Shown: one piece after another, positions 1 to 12,465 of the stretch | Layout of the letters: every line of letters begins with the position of its first letter | Position numbering within the stretch: the stretch's first letter is position 1 | Origin: Octopus vulgaris | Lineage: Eukaryota | Reading direction: 5' to 3' | Length of the DNA: 64,000 nt | Assembly (NCBI GenBank): GCA_951406725.2 | Contig: OX597837.1 | Coordinates: forward strand, 45,136,001-45,200,000 | The notes under the pieces: generated by a model | What the model was told of the DNA's origin: nothing | What the model saw: only the letters and a program-made list of their open reading frames with translations | Database searches by the model: none | Program-made: the position numbers and the translations under genes

Positions 1-310
1 AGCAGTAACTCTTACTTTGATAATAGACCCCAGCGTTTGGTGCGAATGGTTGGTCTAAGTTTGTTCATCAACATTTTACTGCTGCTTACACTGGTGACCG
101 TAGACTGCTTTATCAGGTAAAGTTTCTGTATAGTCTTCCCCCCACCAAAAAAGGAGATAAAAAACAGGTTGGCGTCACTTTTTCGACTTTACGTTCTGAG
201 TTCAAATTCCACCGAGGGCTAAACAAAGAGAGGACAAACAAGGATAGACAAACGAATTAAGTCGATTACATCGACCCCAGTGTGTAACTGGTACTTAATG
301 TTATCGCCAA

Positions 311-700
311 GGCGGCGAGCTGGCAGAATCGTTAGCACGTCGGGTGAAATGCTTAGCGGTATTTCGGCTGCCGTTATGTTGTGAGTTCAAATTCCGCCGA
401 GGTCGACTTTGCCTTTCATCCTTTCGGGGTCGATTAAATAAGTACCAGTTACGCACTGGGGTCGATGTAATCGACTTAATCCGTCTGTCTGTCCTTGTTT
501 GTCCTCTCCGTGTTTAGCCCCTTGTGGGTAGTAAAGAAATAGGTATTTTGTCTGTCTTTATGTTCTGAGTTCAAATTCCGCCGAGGTGGACTTTACCTTT
601 CATCCTTTCGAGGTCGATAAATTAAGTACCTGTACTAGAGTCGATCTAATCGACTGGCTCCCCTCGCCCCAAATTTCGGGCCTTGTGCCTATTGTAGAAG
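311..700 (+). mobile_element. SINE family A (tRNA-derived), head-to-tail dimer: full monomer 311-541 plus 5'-truncated second unit with an alternative tail
   Basis: Head GGCGGCGAGCTGGCAGAATCGTTAGCA (A-box-like), B-box-like GAGTTCAAATTCC, central GTCGACTTTGCCTTTCATCCTTTCGGGGTCGA..AAGTACCAG domain (resembles the MetaSINE-type core, from memory), tail CCCTTGTGGG..AAAGAAATA. More than 15 related copies in the window. Flanking fragments at ~170-305 and ~715-870 (-). Confidence 0.9.
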
Positions 701-1329
701 AGAATAATAATGATGGTTGCAAATTTTGGTACCAGTTCAGCGGTTTTATCGGGAAACTGGTTGGTCAATTATATCAAGACCATCATGCTTAACTGATACT
801 TATTTTATCGACCCCAAAGAATGAAAGACAAAATCGACCTCGGCAGAAGTTGAACAGAGCCGGAAGTAAAACCATTGAGCACTTTATTTGACGCGTTAAC
901 GACTCTGCCAGTTTACTGCCTTAAAAAGAAGAATATTGAAGTTAAGAAGTGTAAGAATAAGACTGTGAATGACGTGAGAAATGTTGAAATAGAATTGGTA
1001 AAGGAAAAAAGCATACGAAAAAAAACAGCAACAAGAACTGGTAAAAAAAGTCATTGTAAACCCATAAAATGAAAACAATATAAACATATAAATACATATG
1101 CAACAATTGCAATAACGACTACATTGACGACATCGAGGACAACGATGATGATGATGGTGATGATGATAGGTGAAGAAGATGGTGGCAGTGGCGATGGTGG
1201 TGGTGGTGGTGGTGGTGGTGGCGGTGGCGGTGGTGGTGGTGATAATAAAAACACGTAATAAAACGAAATCGAATAACATTGACAAAGTAAGTGGTATTAC
1301 GCAAAATAATACAAATGACAACTATAAAA

Positions 1330-1452
1330 GAAATAATAATAATAATAATAATAATAAGAAGAAGAAGAAGAAGAAGAAAAATGATAACAATGATAATAAT
1401 AATAATAATAATAATAACAATAAAAATGATAACAATGATAATAATAATAATG

Positions 1453-1492
<40 letters not shown>

Positions 1493-1511
1493 TAATAATA
1501 ATGATGATGGT

Positions 1512-1573
<62 letters not shown>

Positions 1574-1592
1574 TGGTAATAATAATAATAAC

Positions 1593-1624
<32 letters not shown>

Positions 1625-1643
1625 TAATAATAATGATGATGGT

Positions 1644-1702
<59 letters not shown>

Positions 1703-1724
1703 TAATAACAATAATAATAATAAC

Positions 1725-1764
<40 letters not shown>

Positions 1765-1848
1765 TTAATAATAATAATAAAAATAATAACAATAAAAATG
1801 ATAACAATGATAATAATAATAACAATAATAATAATAATGATGATGATG

Positions 1849-1888
<40 letters not shown>

Positions 1889-1896
1889 TGATGATG

Positions 1897-1965
<69 letters not shown>

Positions 1966-1990
1966 GTAATAATAATAATAGTAACAATGG
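1330..1990. repeat. Compound (AAT)n/(GAT)n microsatellite with internally duplicated variant blocks
   Basis: Direct reading; AAAAATGATAACAATGAT occurs three times and AATGATGATGGTTAT twice. Confidence 0.97.
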
Positions 1991-2319
1991 CAGAAAAATG
2001 CAATAATGCAAACACAAAATCCAAAAATCAAGAAGGCAAAAGGGAGAAAAAAAAAAGTTTCAGCTTTTTACGCCACAACCTTTACGACATTGCTTAGCAC
2101 CACCGCCGCCCCCGCCGCCATCGAACGACACCATCTTCAACCTGTGCTAAACAAACATACAAATATACAAATATCCACAGATCAGTTGTGAAGAGGTGGG
2201 GGGGTGGGGTGGATGTCTTGTCGTCGCTGTTTACAAAGCTTAATGTACGAGATTAAACTTTCTGCTCCTCGAACTAACATTTGCTGTCTTTTGTTGGTGT
2301 ATTTTCGTTTTTGTTTTAC

Positions 2320-2530
<211 letters not shown>

Positions 2531-2682
2531 TGTATATATATATTCCTTGTTTTATGTTATTCTATTGAATTTTATTTTATTTTATTTTTGGCAATTTGTC
2601 AGTTGGAACATGTCAAGAGTTCAGTTTATTTCCGTTTTAAAAGCTTTTGTTCTGCATCAACTACCAACAACTGCTACTACTA

Positions 2683-2720
<38 letters not shown>

Positions 2721-3101
2721 TCTTCTTCTGCTGCTGCTGCTGCTGCTATCAATGTTATGTCGGTAGTGACGGCGATTTTTTGTTATGGTTCTTGTACATC
2801 TCTTACGATTTAACTCAGAGTCAGCTTTGAGCAGGTAGACTTATGATTAAAGGTCCCTCCGTCCGGTGTTACCTCGGTGGTTTATCATTGTTTTTATATT
2901 TTTTATCAACAAACATAATAGCGACAGGTAGCTGTGGCTGTGTAGCTAACATGTGTTAGGGTTCAGTCTCACTACGTGACATTTTGGGCCGGTATCTTAT
3001 ACTATAGCCACGGGCCGGCCAAAGCCTTGCTGATTTGGTAGCGGAAAAATATGCGGTAGCCCGTGGTATATACAAACACACACACACAGATATGGGTGTA
3101 T

Positions 3102-3263
3102 AGGCGCAGGCATGGTTATGCAGTAAGAAGTTTGCTCCCCTACTACATGGTTCTGGGTTCAGTCCCACTGCTTGGCACCTTGGACAAGTGTCTTCTACTA
3201 TAGCCTCAGACCAGCCAAAGCCTTGTAAGTGGATCTGGTAGACAGAAACTGAAAGAAGCCCCT

Positions 3264-3325
<62 letters not shown>

Positions 3326-3342
3326 CATACATATACATACAT

Positions 3343-3396
<54 letters not shown>

Positions 3397-3790
3397 GGAG
3401 AGAGAGGGGAAGGGGGAGAGAGAAAATGTGTATGTGTGTGTGTGTGAGAGAGAAAGAAAGAGAGAGAGAGAAAAGAAAAGGGCGCTTAACCGATTTGGTC
3501 GAAGTTATATATATTATTATTGAAAGCGGTCTGATGGCGCCGTGCAGCATTGGTCCGACGGGACAGGTCTCTTCAACGAGCCTACGAAGCTTGAAGTTGC
3601 ATGGGCCCCGCCCTCCACCGCTTGGTAACCGGCCTTCATGTGTTTATGTACCCGTCAACTAGCGTTTCAGCAAAAGAAACCGACGGAATAAGTATTAAGC
3701 TTTAGAAAGAAATTGCTCGGAATGATTCTTCAAGGTTGTGCCCCAGCATGGTCGCAGTCTAAGACTGAACCGAGTAAAAAAGAAAATAAA
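3102..3790 (+). mobile_element. SINE family B (tRNA head plus CORE-like domain); head 3102-3262, tail ~3610-3790, separated by microsatellite and inserted sequence
   Basis: GGCGCAGGCATGG..GGGTTCAGTCCCACTG..GGCACCTTGGACAAGTGTCTTCTACTATAGCC matches the copy at 19341-19760. An older copy lies at ~2925-3065. Confidence 0.8.
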
Positions 3791-4173
3791 AAAGAATAAA
3801 AAAAGAAGAGTGTATCACGATCCAATTCCTTCGGGCTAATTCATCCGGGGGACCACTCTGACTAATTTCTCCGGGCCCACTCTGACTCTCATCCTTTCGA
3901 GGTCGATAAAATAAATACCAGTTGAACACCGGGGTTGATCTAATCAACTTACTTCCTCCCCCGAAATTGCTGGCCTTGTTTCCACACTTGCAAGCAATAT
4001 AAAATAATTATATATCAGAGAATAATTCGGTATGAAACTTCGCTGCTATTTTCCGCAGCTAAATTAGCCACATAGAAGTTACGTTGTTGGTACGAACTTC
4101 TGTCGTGGCTATCGCTATTTTGTTGTTGTTGTTGACGCTGTTCTTGCTGTCGTTTTTGTTTATACTCATTTCA

Positions 4174-4560
4174 GTGGAGGCGCAATGGCCCAGTGGTTAG
4201 GGCAGCGGACTCGCGGTCATAGGATCGCGGTTTCGATTCCCAGACCGGGCGTTGAGAGTGTTTGTTGAGCGAAAACACCTAAAAGCTCCACGAGGCTCCG
4301 GCAGGGGATGGTGGTGATCCCTGCTGTACTCTTTCACCACAACTTTCTCTCACCCTTACTTCCTGTTTCTGTTGTACTTGTATTTCAAGGGGCCGGCCTT
4401 GTTGCTCTCTGTCTCACGCTGAATATCCCCGAGAACTACGTAAAGAGTACACGTGTCTGTGGAGTGCTCAGCCACTTACACGTTAATTTCACGAGCAGGC
4501 TGTTCCGTTGATTCGGATCAACCGGAACCCTCATCGTCGTAACCGACGGAGTGCTTCCAG
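4174..4560 (+). mobile_element. SINE family C (tRNA-derived head), full length with 12-bp TSD
   Basis: A box TGGCCCAGTGG, B box GGTTTCGATTCCC; ATACTCATTTCA duplicated at 4162-4173 and 4561-4572; second copy of the head at 17372. Confidence 0.9.
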
Positions 4561-5079
4561 ATACTCATTTCAACAATTATCCAGTAGATATATCCTGAAA
4601 GATTATTCCGCGTATCTAAGATGCCATTAACTAAGATGTCCATCCATTCTTTATACGATAAAACTTATCATTTTTCATCAGTAAACATCCCTAATAATCA
4701 TACCATTCTCCCTAATTAAGTTCGAAGCATAACAAACAACAATAGCAACTGCAAATACAGTTTTACTATGGCTGTAAATATACAAAATTCGATTACAGAT
4801 GAAAGTTAATAAACGAGCGAAGGCGGCATCCAATCGATCCTCCTCATTCCATCCACGGTGAAGTTATAATTAGAATGACAGACCTTTACGACTCACTCAA
4901 CTATCTATTAAATGTAATTAACTTATTTAATGAATTTACTTCGTAATAGTTGAATTATTTGCATATTGCCCGAAGCAAACTTTAGTATGGAAAACGTACA
5001 CTAATGGCGCGACAGTAGCATAAGTCGAAACATATATATATATATGTAGTGTGCGACTTTTTTATCTTTAATTCATCTT

Positions 5080-5425
5080 TTTTATCCGTGTCAGTCATTA
5101 GAGTGCGGCCATGCTGTAGCACCGCCCTTCAAGAAGTTTTGGCTGAATGAATCGACTTCAGTAATTTTTTTTTAAGGCTTAGTACTTATTCTTTCGATTT
5201 TTTTTGCCAAAACGCTATACTACGGGGATGTAAACAAAGCTAAACCGGTTGTCAACCAGTAGTGACGGACAAACACAGAACAAACACACACACACTTACA
5301 CACACATACACACTCATACACATGTACATATACGACGGGCTTCTTTTCGTTTCCTTTTATAAAGTACACTCACAAGGCTTTGGTCAGCCCGAGGTTATTG
5401 TAGAAGACACTTTCCCAAGGTGCCA
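5080..5425 (-). mobile_element. SINE family B, 5'-truncated
   Basis: Reverse complement of the family B body and tail (GCGGCCATGCTGTAGCACCGCC; AAGGCTTTGGTCAGCCCGAGG..CCCAAGGTGCCA). Confidence 0.8.
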
Positions 5426-5449
5426 TGCACTAACATTAAACATATAATG

Positions 5450-5507
<58 letters not shown>

Positions 5508-5510
<3 letters not shown>

Positions 5511-6170
5511 GAGTTGGACAAAATAATGAAAACACCTAGCATCATAGCATCATAATTTTGAAATATCTATAAAACTGTCAAAAGCTTATTTTTATGTTTT
5601 TGATTTATTATTAATGTTGCTTAATATGTTTTCCTAAAATTGCTATTTCTTTTCAGATAATGCTAATTAAAATTCATTAAAATGACAGATCTATCAGACT
5701 TTCAAAGAGGTCAAATTGTTAGTGCTCATATGTCAGGCGCTACTAAAACGAAAACAGCCGAAATGTTTGGTGTATCAAGTACCGTCTCGAAAGTAATGAC
5801 AGCCTTTGAGAAAGCGAAGCAAATATTCTCGTCGAAACAAAACTCCAGAAGAAAACCAAGACATTCAGATAGGGACCGTCGGACTATTACCCGGACTGCT
5901 ACAAAAGATCACAAAAGTACAACTCCCAAAATTACTGCAGAGCTTAATGACCACCTAGAGAACACAGTTTCCCAAAAAACTGTTCACCGGGAACTGCACA
6001 AAGCGGGATTTCACGGGAGAGCTGCAATCATAAAATCACTACTTTAAAAAACTAACGTTGCAAAGCATTTAGAGTGGAGTAAAAACTTACAAAATTGGTT
6101 CCTAGAGCAGTGGAAGAATGTTATTTTCTCGGACCGTCGGCCGAGTATACGTGTGGATACAGCCAGAAGA
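5508..6170 (+). pseudogene. Tc1-family transposon, 5' half (left TIR plus frameshifted transposase N-terminus to the first catalytic Asp)
   Basis: TA|CAGGAGTTGGACAAAATAATGAAAACACC TIR; ORF 5682-6047 has HTH-like MTDLSDFQRGQIV..AEMFGVS..TVSKV and TVHRELHKAGFHGRAA; continues after a frameshift as LEQWKNVIFSD and GRVYVW. Confidence 0.9.
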
Positions 6171-6530
6171 AGCAGGAGAATGCAGTCATGGCTCTCCTGG
6201 CCACCAAACTCACCCAAACTGCAACCCCTTCATGATTACGTGTGGGCCGCAGTTGAGCGAGAGACCAACAAAACTCCTTGTAACACCAATAATGAACTGG
6301 AGGCAAAGATTAAGGCAATATTGACCAACTTAAACAAGGAGACCGTCCAGAAGAGTAGCAGGAAGTTCCAAAGTTGTCTGGAGGCCGTAGTTGAAGCCAA
6401 TGGCGATTTTATTGAATAAATTTATTCTTTTAATATTTCAAGATATTTTTATGTAACTTTGGCAAAAATATATCTGTTAAAATGAGAAGTCAGTGTTATT
6501 TTCCTTTTTGCGTAATTTAGACGACACCCT
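6171..6530 (+). pseudogene. maT-like (DD37D-type) Tc1/mariner transposon, 3' part
   Basis: ORF 6153-6419 WPPNSP..DYVWAAVERETNK..LEAVVEANGDFIE*; co-linear with 27420-27826; ends in an internally deleted TIR (TTAGACGAC-ACCCT). Confidence 0.88.
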
Positions 6531-7335
6531 ATGTATATGTATGAGTGTGTGTGTGTGTGTGTGTTTGTGTGTACATCGACGCATATGTGTTTTTGTGTGT
6601 TTGAATGTGTGGTTTTATGTTTATACATCCACACATAAACACAGACATGCACAGAAACACTTGCACACAGAAAATATATACACACGCTCATATATACTTG
6701 CAGAGACACATACAAATATACACGCATAGGTACATACATACATACATATTGACACTTGGATTATTTGTCTAAAGCTTAAATGGAAATTATAGAACGACAT
6801 GTAAGCAAACGCTTAATATCACCTACAAATGTGTATACAGCAAAAGTGAATGTTTAAAGTGCGTGTATATATATACTCTCACAATCGGTGAAAGGGAAAC
6901 AGTTATGAAGAGTTGTTTCTTTAAATCTAAGACTAATGTTTACCAAATATTTTCCATTTTAAAGAAACAACACTGCGCCTGCGTTAGCAAGATATTTTTT
7001 GATTTATGCTATTACATTATGTGAAATATTTTTGCTTGCATATATGTAAACACAAATACATGCATGTATACATATATAAACATACATACACACACGGGTG
7101 CGCGCACGCACACACTCACTCATATTAATATACATATGTATGTATGTATATATATATATATATATATATATACGTGTTCAATTTGTAAATGCATATACAA
7201 GGATAAGTCCTGGGGTCGATTAGCTCAGCTAAAGGCGGTGCTCCAGCATGGCCACAGTCAAATTACTGAAACAAGTTAGTGAACAAAAGAATAAAAGAAT
7301 ATATATGTAAAAAACATGACTGCATGTATGTGTGT

Positions 7336-7374
<39 letters not shown>

Positions 7375-7445
7375 TGTGTGTGCGTATATACTCACATACA
7401 TTATATGCATGTGATGGTGGGCTCCAGGTCTGTTAATTTATATAT

Positions 7446-7675
7446 ATTTCTTTACTACCCACAAGGGGCTAAACACAGAGGGGACAAACAAGGACAGACA
7501 AACGGATAAAGTCGATTACATCGACCCCAGTGCATAACTGGTACTTAATTTATAGACCCCGAAAGGATGAAAGACAAAGTCGACCTGGGCGGAATTTGAA
7601 CACAGAACGTAACGGCAGACGAAAAACGGCTACGCATTTCGCCCGGCGTGCAAACGTTTCTGCCAGCGCGCCGCC
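7446..7675 (-). mobile_element. SINE family A, full length with ~18-bp TSD
   Basis: Reverse complement of the family A consensus; GTCTGTTAATKTATATAT at 7428-7445 and 7676-7693 (one mismatch). Confidence 0.92.
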
Positions 7676-8119
7676 GTCTGTTAATGTATATATGTTTGTA
7701 TTTCTGCGCAATAAGCCATTTGAAATGTGGTTACTTTTGCTACAAAAGTTTAAATGAATTTTGCAGAATAAGAAAGAGAGAATGAGAGAGACAGAGATAC
7801 AGAGACAGAGACAGAGAGACAGAGAGAATGAAGGTGGATAAACAGAAAACTACGCCAGTCTCTCGTCATACACATACCTATACGTACCTATAATGAAGTA
7901 TATAGGCTGTATAAGAAACAGAGATGTATGGAAAGGACAATCGCCATAGTGAAAAGAAGATGTAGAATTATTTACGAAGATTTATTTCTCGAAATCTGGC
8001 GCCAATGTTTAACAAATATTTTTTCATTTTAAAAATCAACAATACGTGCCATTCTTTCTTATCTGGGTTGATGTTAATTTTGAAAAAAATTGAATTGATT
8101 GGTATTTACACACACATAG

Positions 8120-8156
<37 letters not shown>

Positions 8157-8317
8157 TGCAATCATTTACACACACACAAAGTCAAACAGTTGTATACAAA
8201 TGGTTATATATATACGCAAAGAGATAGACGGATGTATGTATAAAACAGAGATCTTTCAGTCTCACGGTATATATATATATATACATACATACATACATAC
8301 ATACATACATACATACA

Positions 8318-8348
<31 letters not shown>

Positions 8349-8369
8349 GTGCGTGTATGTATATAAATA

Positions 8370-8525
8370 TATTTCGTCTGTCTCTACATTCTGAGATCAA
8401 ATTCGAATTTGCTTTTCATCCTTTCGGGGTCGATAAATTAAGTACCACTTGAGTACTGGGATCGATCTAATCGACTGGACCCCCTTCCCAAAAATTTCGG
8501 GCCTTGTGCCTAGAATAGAAAAGAA
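8370..8525 (+). mobile_element. SINE family A, 5'-truncated, alternative tail
   Basis: TTTCATCCTTTCGGGGTCGATAAATTAAGTACC core, then AATTTCGGGCCTTGTGCCTAG tail. Confidence 0.85.
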
Positions 8526-8559
8526 CATCAATTCCTATAATGGGTACCGTTCATATTGG

Positions 8560-9210
8560 GGTCGAGACTGACGCATTTCGGTAGCTCTGTTGTCGTTCAT
8601 TGGAACACATTAATAGAATCAGTTTTAACATGGAAGTAGCAAAATTTAGTGGCATTGGGTTACAATATAGGTTGCCTGACCAACACGGATGGGCTATAAT
8701 CTTTATGGATTGCAGGAATTAAATACATAACCCTTGTATGTGAGACTGCTAGGGTTACAGTGGTATATCTTGGTTGTCAACAGCCAGTAGCTTGAAATTT
8801 ATTAACCGAGCGTACCTTCGGTGGCAGCAATAAGATAGTTCATTCTTTCTGTTGATGGATACAGCAGGTTGATGGATTATGTATGTGTAGTTTCTTTCGG
8901 AGACAGAGTTTACAAGTTGAACCTCCAAGTGAGCAAGGGATGGGCCCTGCTAATGATAATCCATTTGATGTCCGGGAAGTTATTTCGATTGTCACGGTGT
9001 TAATGCTCTTGCCTTTCAAATCCTAAATGCATTTACTAAGACCTAAATTTAATAGAAGATTATGGAATCTAGACTTCCAAATTGAAACAGAACTTATGTA
9101 ATAATATATGCGATCCCCTACAATTGCCTTTCATTGATATACTATATTCTTCCTTAAACAATCATTTCTTAAAAGACACAAATTTAGTTTTGAAATTACA
9201 AAGACATTTA
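8560..9210 (-). pseudogene. Penelope-like element GIY-YIG endonuclease fossil (not in ORF track)
   Basis: Manual minus-strand translation: CNFK../LCLLRNDCLRKNIVYQ*KAIVGDRIYYYISSVSIWKSRFH (9200-9062), GGSTCKLCLRKKLHI, SINRKNELSYCCHRRY (~8815). It parallels the element at 49876-50310 motif by motif. Stops and frameshifts present; degenerate GAAA-TGC-GTC near 8570. Confidence 0.8.
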
Positions 9211-9892
9211 TTCTCACGTAACACTCATTGTTAAAAGAATTAGTACCAATTCTACTCTGAGAATTAGGTGTTAAACCAAAATTATTAGTAATATTATCAT
9301 CAATATTATTACTTAGGTGTTATCTTAAAGATACTATGAATTTCACAGTTGGAATTGCCTATCAAAAACTAGTTCAGAAAAATCATCAGAGAAAGAAAAG
9401 AATTAAAATTTATCTTACAACTGACGCTATCGGTTCTACTAATTTTGAACTGAGATACTATCTAATTTCAGCCAAAATTTCAGCCAAATTTTTGGTGGTT
9501 GAATAGGAAGATTTTATTCTATGGCGCTTTTTATTCTGCTAAAAACTGTTATGCTATACTTCATCAGTGAATTTTATGATGTACTCTGCCTTATTGTGAC
9601 GTGACTTACTCTGTGGTACAAAGTGATATTGGTACACTTAAACTGATGGTCTGTTTTTACCTATTCTCTTGTATACTCTCTCTCCCCCCCTTTCTCTCTC
9701 TCTCTTTCTTTCTCTCTCTCTCTAACGTATTTATACAGGAATGATGTAAGTTCTCCTTGCCAGTAATGATATTCATTAACAATTACCAATTACAGCTTCA
9801 GACTAATTATTTTCTCATATTTCATTCAGTTTTCTTGATATAAAACACTTGATGTGCACTCAGGAACCTAAAAGAAAAGGAGGGATGAGACG

Positions 9893-9946
<54 letters not shown>

Positions 9947-10502
9947 CAGAGAGACAGAGAGATAGACAGACAGGCAGACGGACCAGACCAGACCGAAAGA
10001 GAGTGAGAGAACGGTAGGAAGAAGAACAACAACAACCAGGACAACCATGCCAAGTTCTTGGACAAGCAAATAAAACCAGCACCAAGCACCCAGCACCTAA
10101 ACCTACCCACCCCAGAAAACAACACAGCACCTGAAATATAACCGAATGACACGAAACATAACTCGGTGAGACCAAAATGCAATTCAACAACAACAACAAC
10201 AACAGCAAAGATCACGAACCAACAAAGCAAAAACAAAAATAAACAAACAGCTAAGCCAAAACTAAATAGATACTTTCTTTTATTCTTCTATTATGTATTG
10301 TTGTTGTTGTTTTTTTTCATTTCTTTTCCTTCTTCGAAAGTTTTTTTTTATTCCTTAAATATTTCTAACCACCATTTTAAGTACAATGCGGACAACATGG
10401 TCTCGAAAAAATGTCTTAGTATGGAGTCATCATGTTACGCAGTTGCCGTCATTTATCAGCATGTAGGTAGTAGTAGTGGCAGTAGTAGCAGTAGTAGTAG
10501 TA

Positions 10503-10545
<43 letters not shown>

Positions 10546-10622
10546 CAGAGAAATAATAGTATTAGTAGTGGTGATAGTGGTGGTGGTGGTGGCGGTGGTG
10601 GTGGTGGTGGCGGTGGTGGTGA

Positions 10623-10663
<41 letters not shown>

Positions 10664-11529
10664 ATGGTGGGGATGATAGCAGTTGATTTAGCTATTGTTC
10701 GTTTCGAGATACATTTTTTATTCCTTTCTTTTCTTCAGAAAAGTTAAAAAGCAAAAAAAAAAAAAAAAAAAAAAAAAGGCATGATGATTTTATTTTGTGT
10801 TTTTGTGTTTTCTGCTCAATTTTCATTCTTGTTTTTGTCTTTGGTATTTTATATTCTTTTATTAAAGTTTAAGTTTACATTCGTACAAAACACGGAAAAA
10901 AAGAAACACACACACAAATACCTGCGTACGTGAATTCAAATTCAAATATGTCAGAGTTTACGAATAATACACAAATACACATACACAAATACACAAATAC
11001 ACATACACAAATACACAAATACACATACACACATATATATACATATACATATACACATATACGCAAATACACACATGTATACATATAAATGGAGCTGATG
11101 TTGTGAGTGTCTTTTTAACGATTTGTTGATGTTTTTTAATGGAATTACGCTCAAGAATTCCAAGAATCTTTGGCTGACAATTGAGAGAGACGTGCAGACG
11201 GCAACGGGCGGGAAGAATACGCATCAGACATTGAAATATTAAGTGCAGAGGTCCGCCGCTCCGTTTTCCTCGTTCCCTATTTAACTGTCCTTTGTGGCTC
11301 TTTCTCTCTGATCCCTCTTTCCATTCCCCCTGTCTCTCTCTCTCTCTCTGTCTCTCTCTGTCTCTGTCTCTTCCTTATTTAAATCTACGCCTGAGCCACA
11401 AGCAAACGTGAACTCCTTGGGTTGTTGACGTAAACCAAGGATACACCCAGCCATGTTATTCTGATTTAGATTTTTGAATGTTTTTCAAAACAAACTAACC
11501 TTTCCCACCCCCACTCTTTCTTTTTCACA

Positions 11530-11609
11530 TCATACACACATGCACATGCTTTCACACACACAGTCGTATACACATTCACGAACACACGCACACATGTACA
11601 CACACATGC

Positions 11610-11644
<35 letters not shown>

Positions 11645-12035
11645 TACACACTCACGAACACACACACATGCTTTCACACACAGTCATATACACACACACG
11701 AACACACACTCACGAACACACACACACATGCTTACACACACATGCTTACACACACACACACACACATGCTTTCACACGCACAGTCATATACACACACACG
11801 AACACACACACACATGCTTACACACACACACATGCTTACACACACACACTCACGAACACACACACACATGCTTTCACATGCACAGTCATATACACACACA
11901 CACGAACACACACACACATGCTTACACACACACGAGTACACAGTCACGAACACACACATACACACACATGTTTTCAGTCATATACACATACACACGAACA
12001 CACACGAACACACACTCACGAACACACACACACAT
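11530..12035. repeat. Complex CA-based minisatellite with recurring words (CATGCTTTCACA, CAGTCATATACA, CACGAACACA)
   Basis: Direct reading; the words recur in a repeated order. Confidence 0.9.
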
Positions 12036-12179
12036 TTTTTTTCTAGTTTCAGCTCAGAGCTGCGGCCATGCTGATGCACCGCTGTTGATATGTACATATC
12101 TTTTTTACCTGAGTCAGTTATTGGTGCTGGGGCACCGCGTTAAAGGGCTTAGTCGAACAGATCAACGCTCATGAAATCT

Positions 12180-12380
12180 TTGTTTCCAGCAACTGTCCTG
12201 CTTCTGGAAGTCGTCAGCAACGAAGGGGATGCCACGCCTCCTCACTTCTTTTACCAAGCTTAAGAATCAATATGCGCTGGAGAAAATAGGGAGGCCATGG
12301 ATGGACAGTACACAACAAAAGAACGTACGTCTTCTAACAAGATTGCGCCATTTCATAAGGCTAGGGCAACGCGAGTGAGG
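12180..12380 (+). pseudogene. Degraded maT-like transposase fragment (second subfamily)
   Basis: Translates FPATVLLLEVVSNEGDATPPHFF..LEKIGRPWMDS..YVF*QDCA, homologous to VFGVITSDGDIMPPYIF..WQQD at 27236. Confidence 0.7.
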
Positions 12381-12465
12381 ATGCATGGGACTGCAATGGG
12401 ACTGAACCTGGAACCATGTGGTTGGTAAGCTAGTTACTTACCACACAGCCACTCCTGCGCCTATT

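Noticed and set aside
1-84. Imperfect hairpin at the window start (AGCAGTAA..TTACTGCT)
   Set aside because: Pairing is patchy and the structure may extend outside the window, so it cannot be evaluated.
1119-2097. Long ORFs (poly-Ile, poly-Asn, poly-Leu) and the many YI/HT/CV/MYVC ORFs throughout the track
   Set aside because: They are translations of microsatellites that happen to lack stop codons; no domain content.
4176-4250. tRNA gene candidates at 4176 and 17374
   Set aside because: A and B boxes are present but there is no acceptor stem or poly-T terminator; they continue into a SINE body, with a TSD at the first copy.
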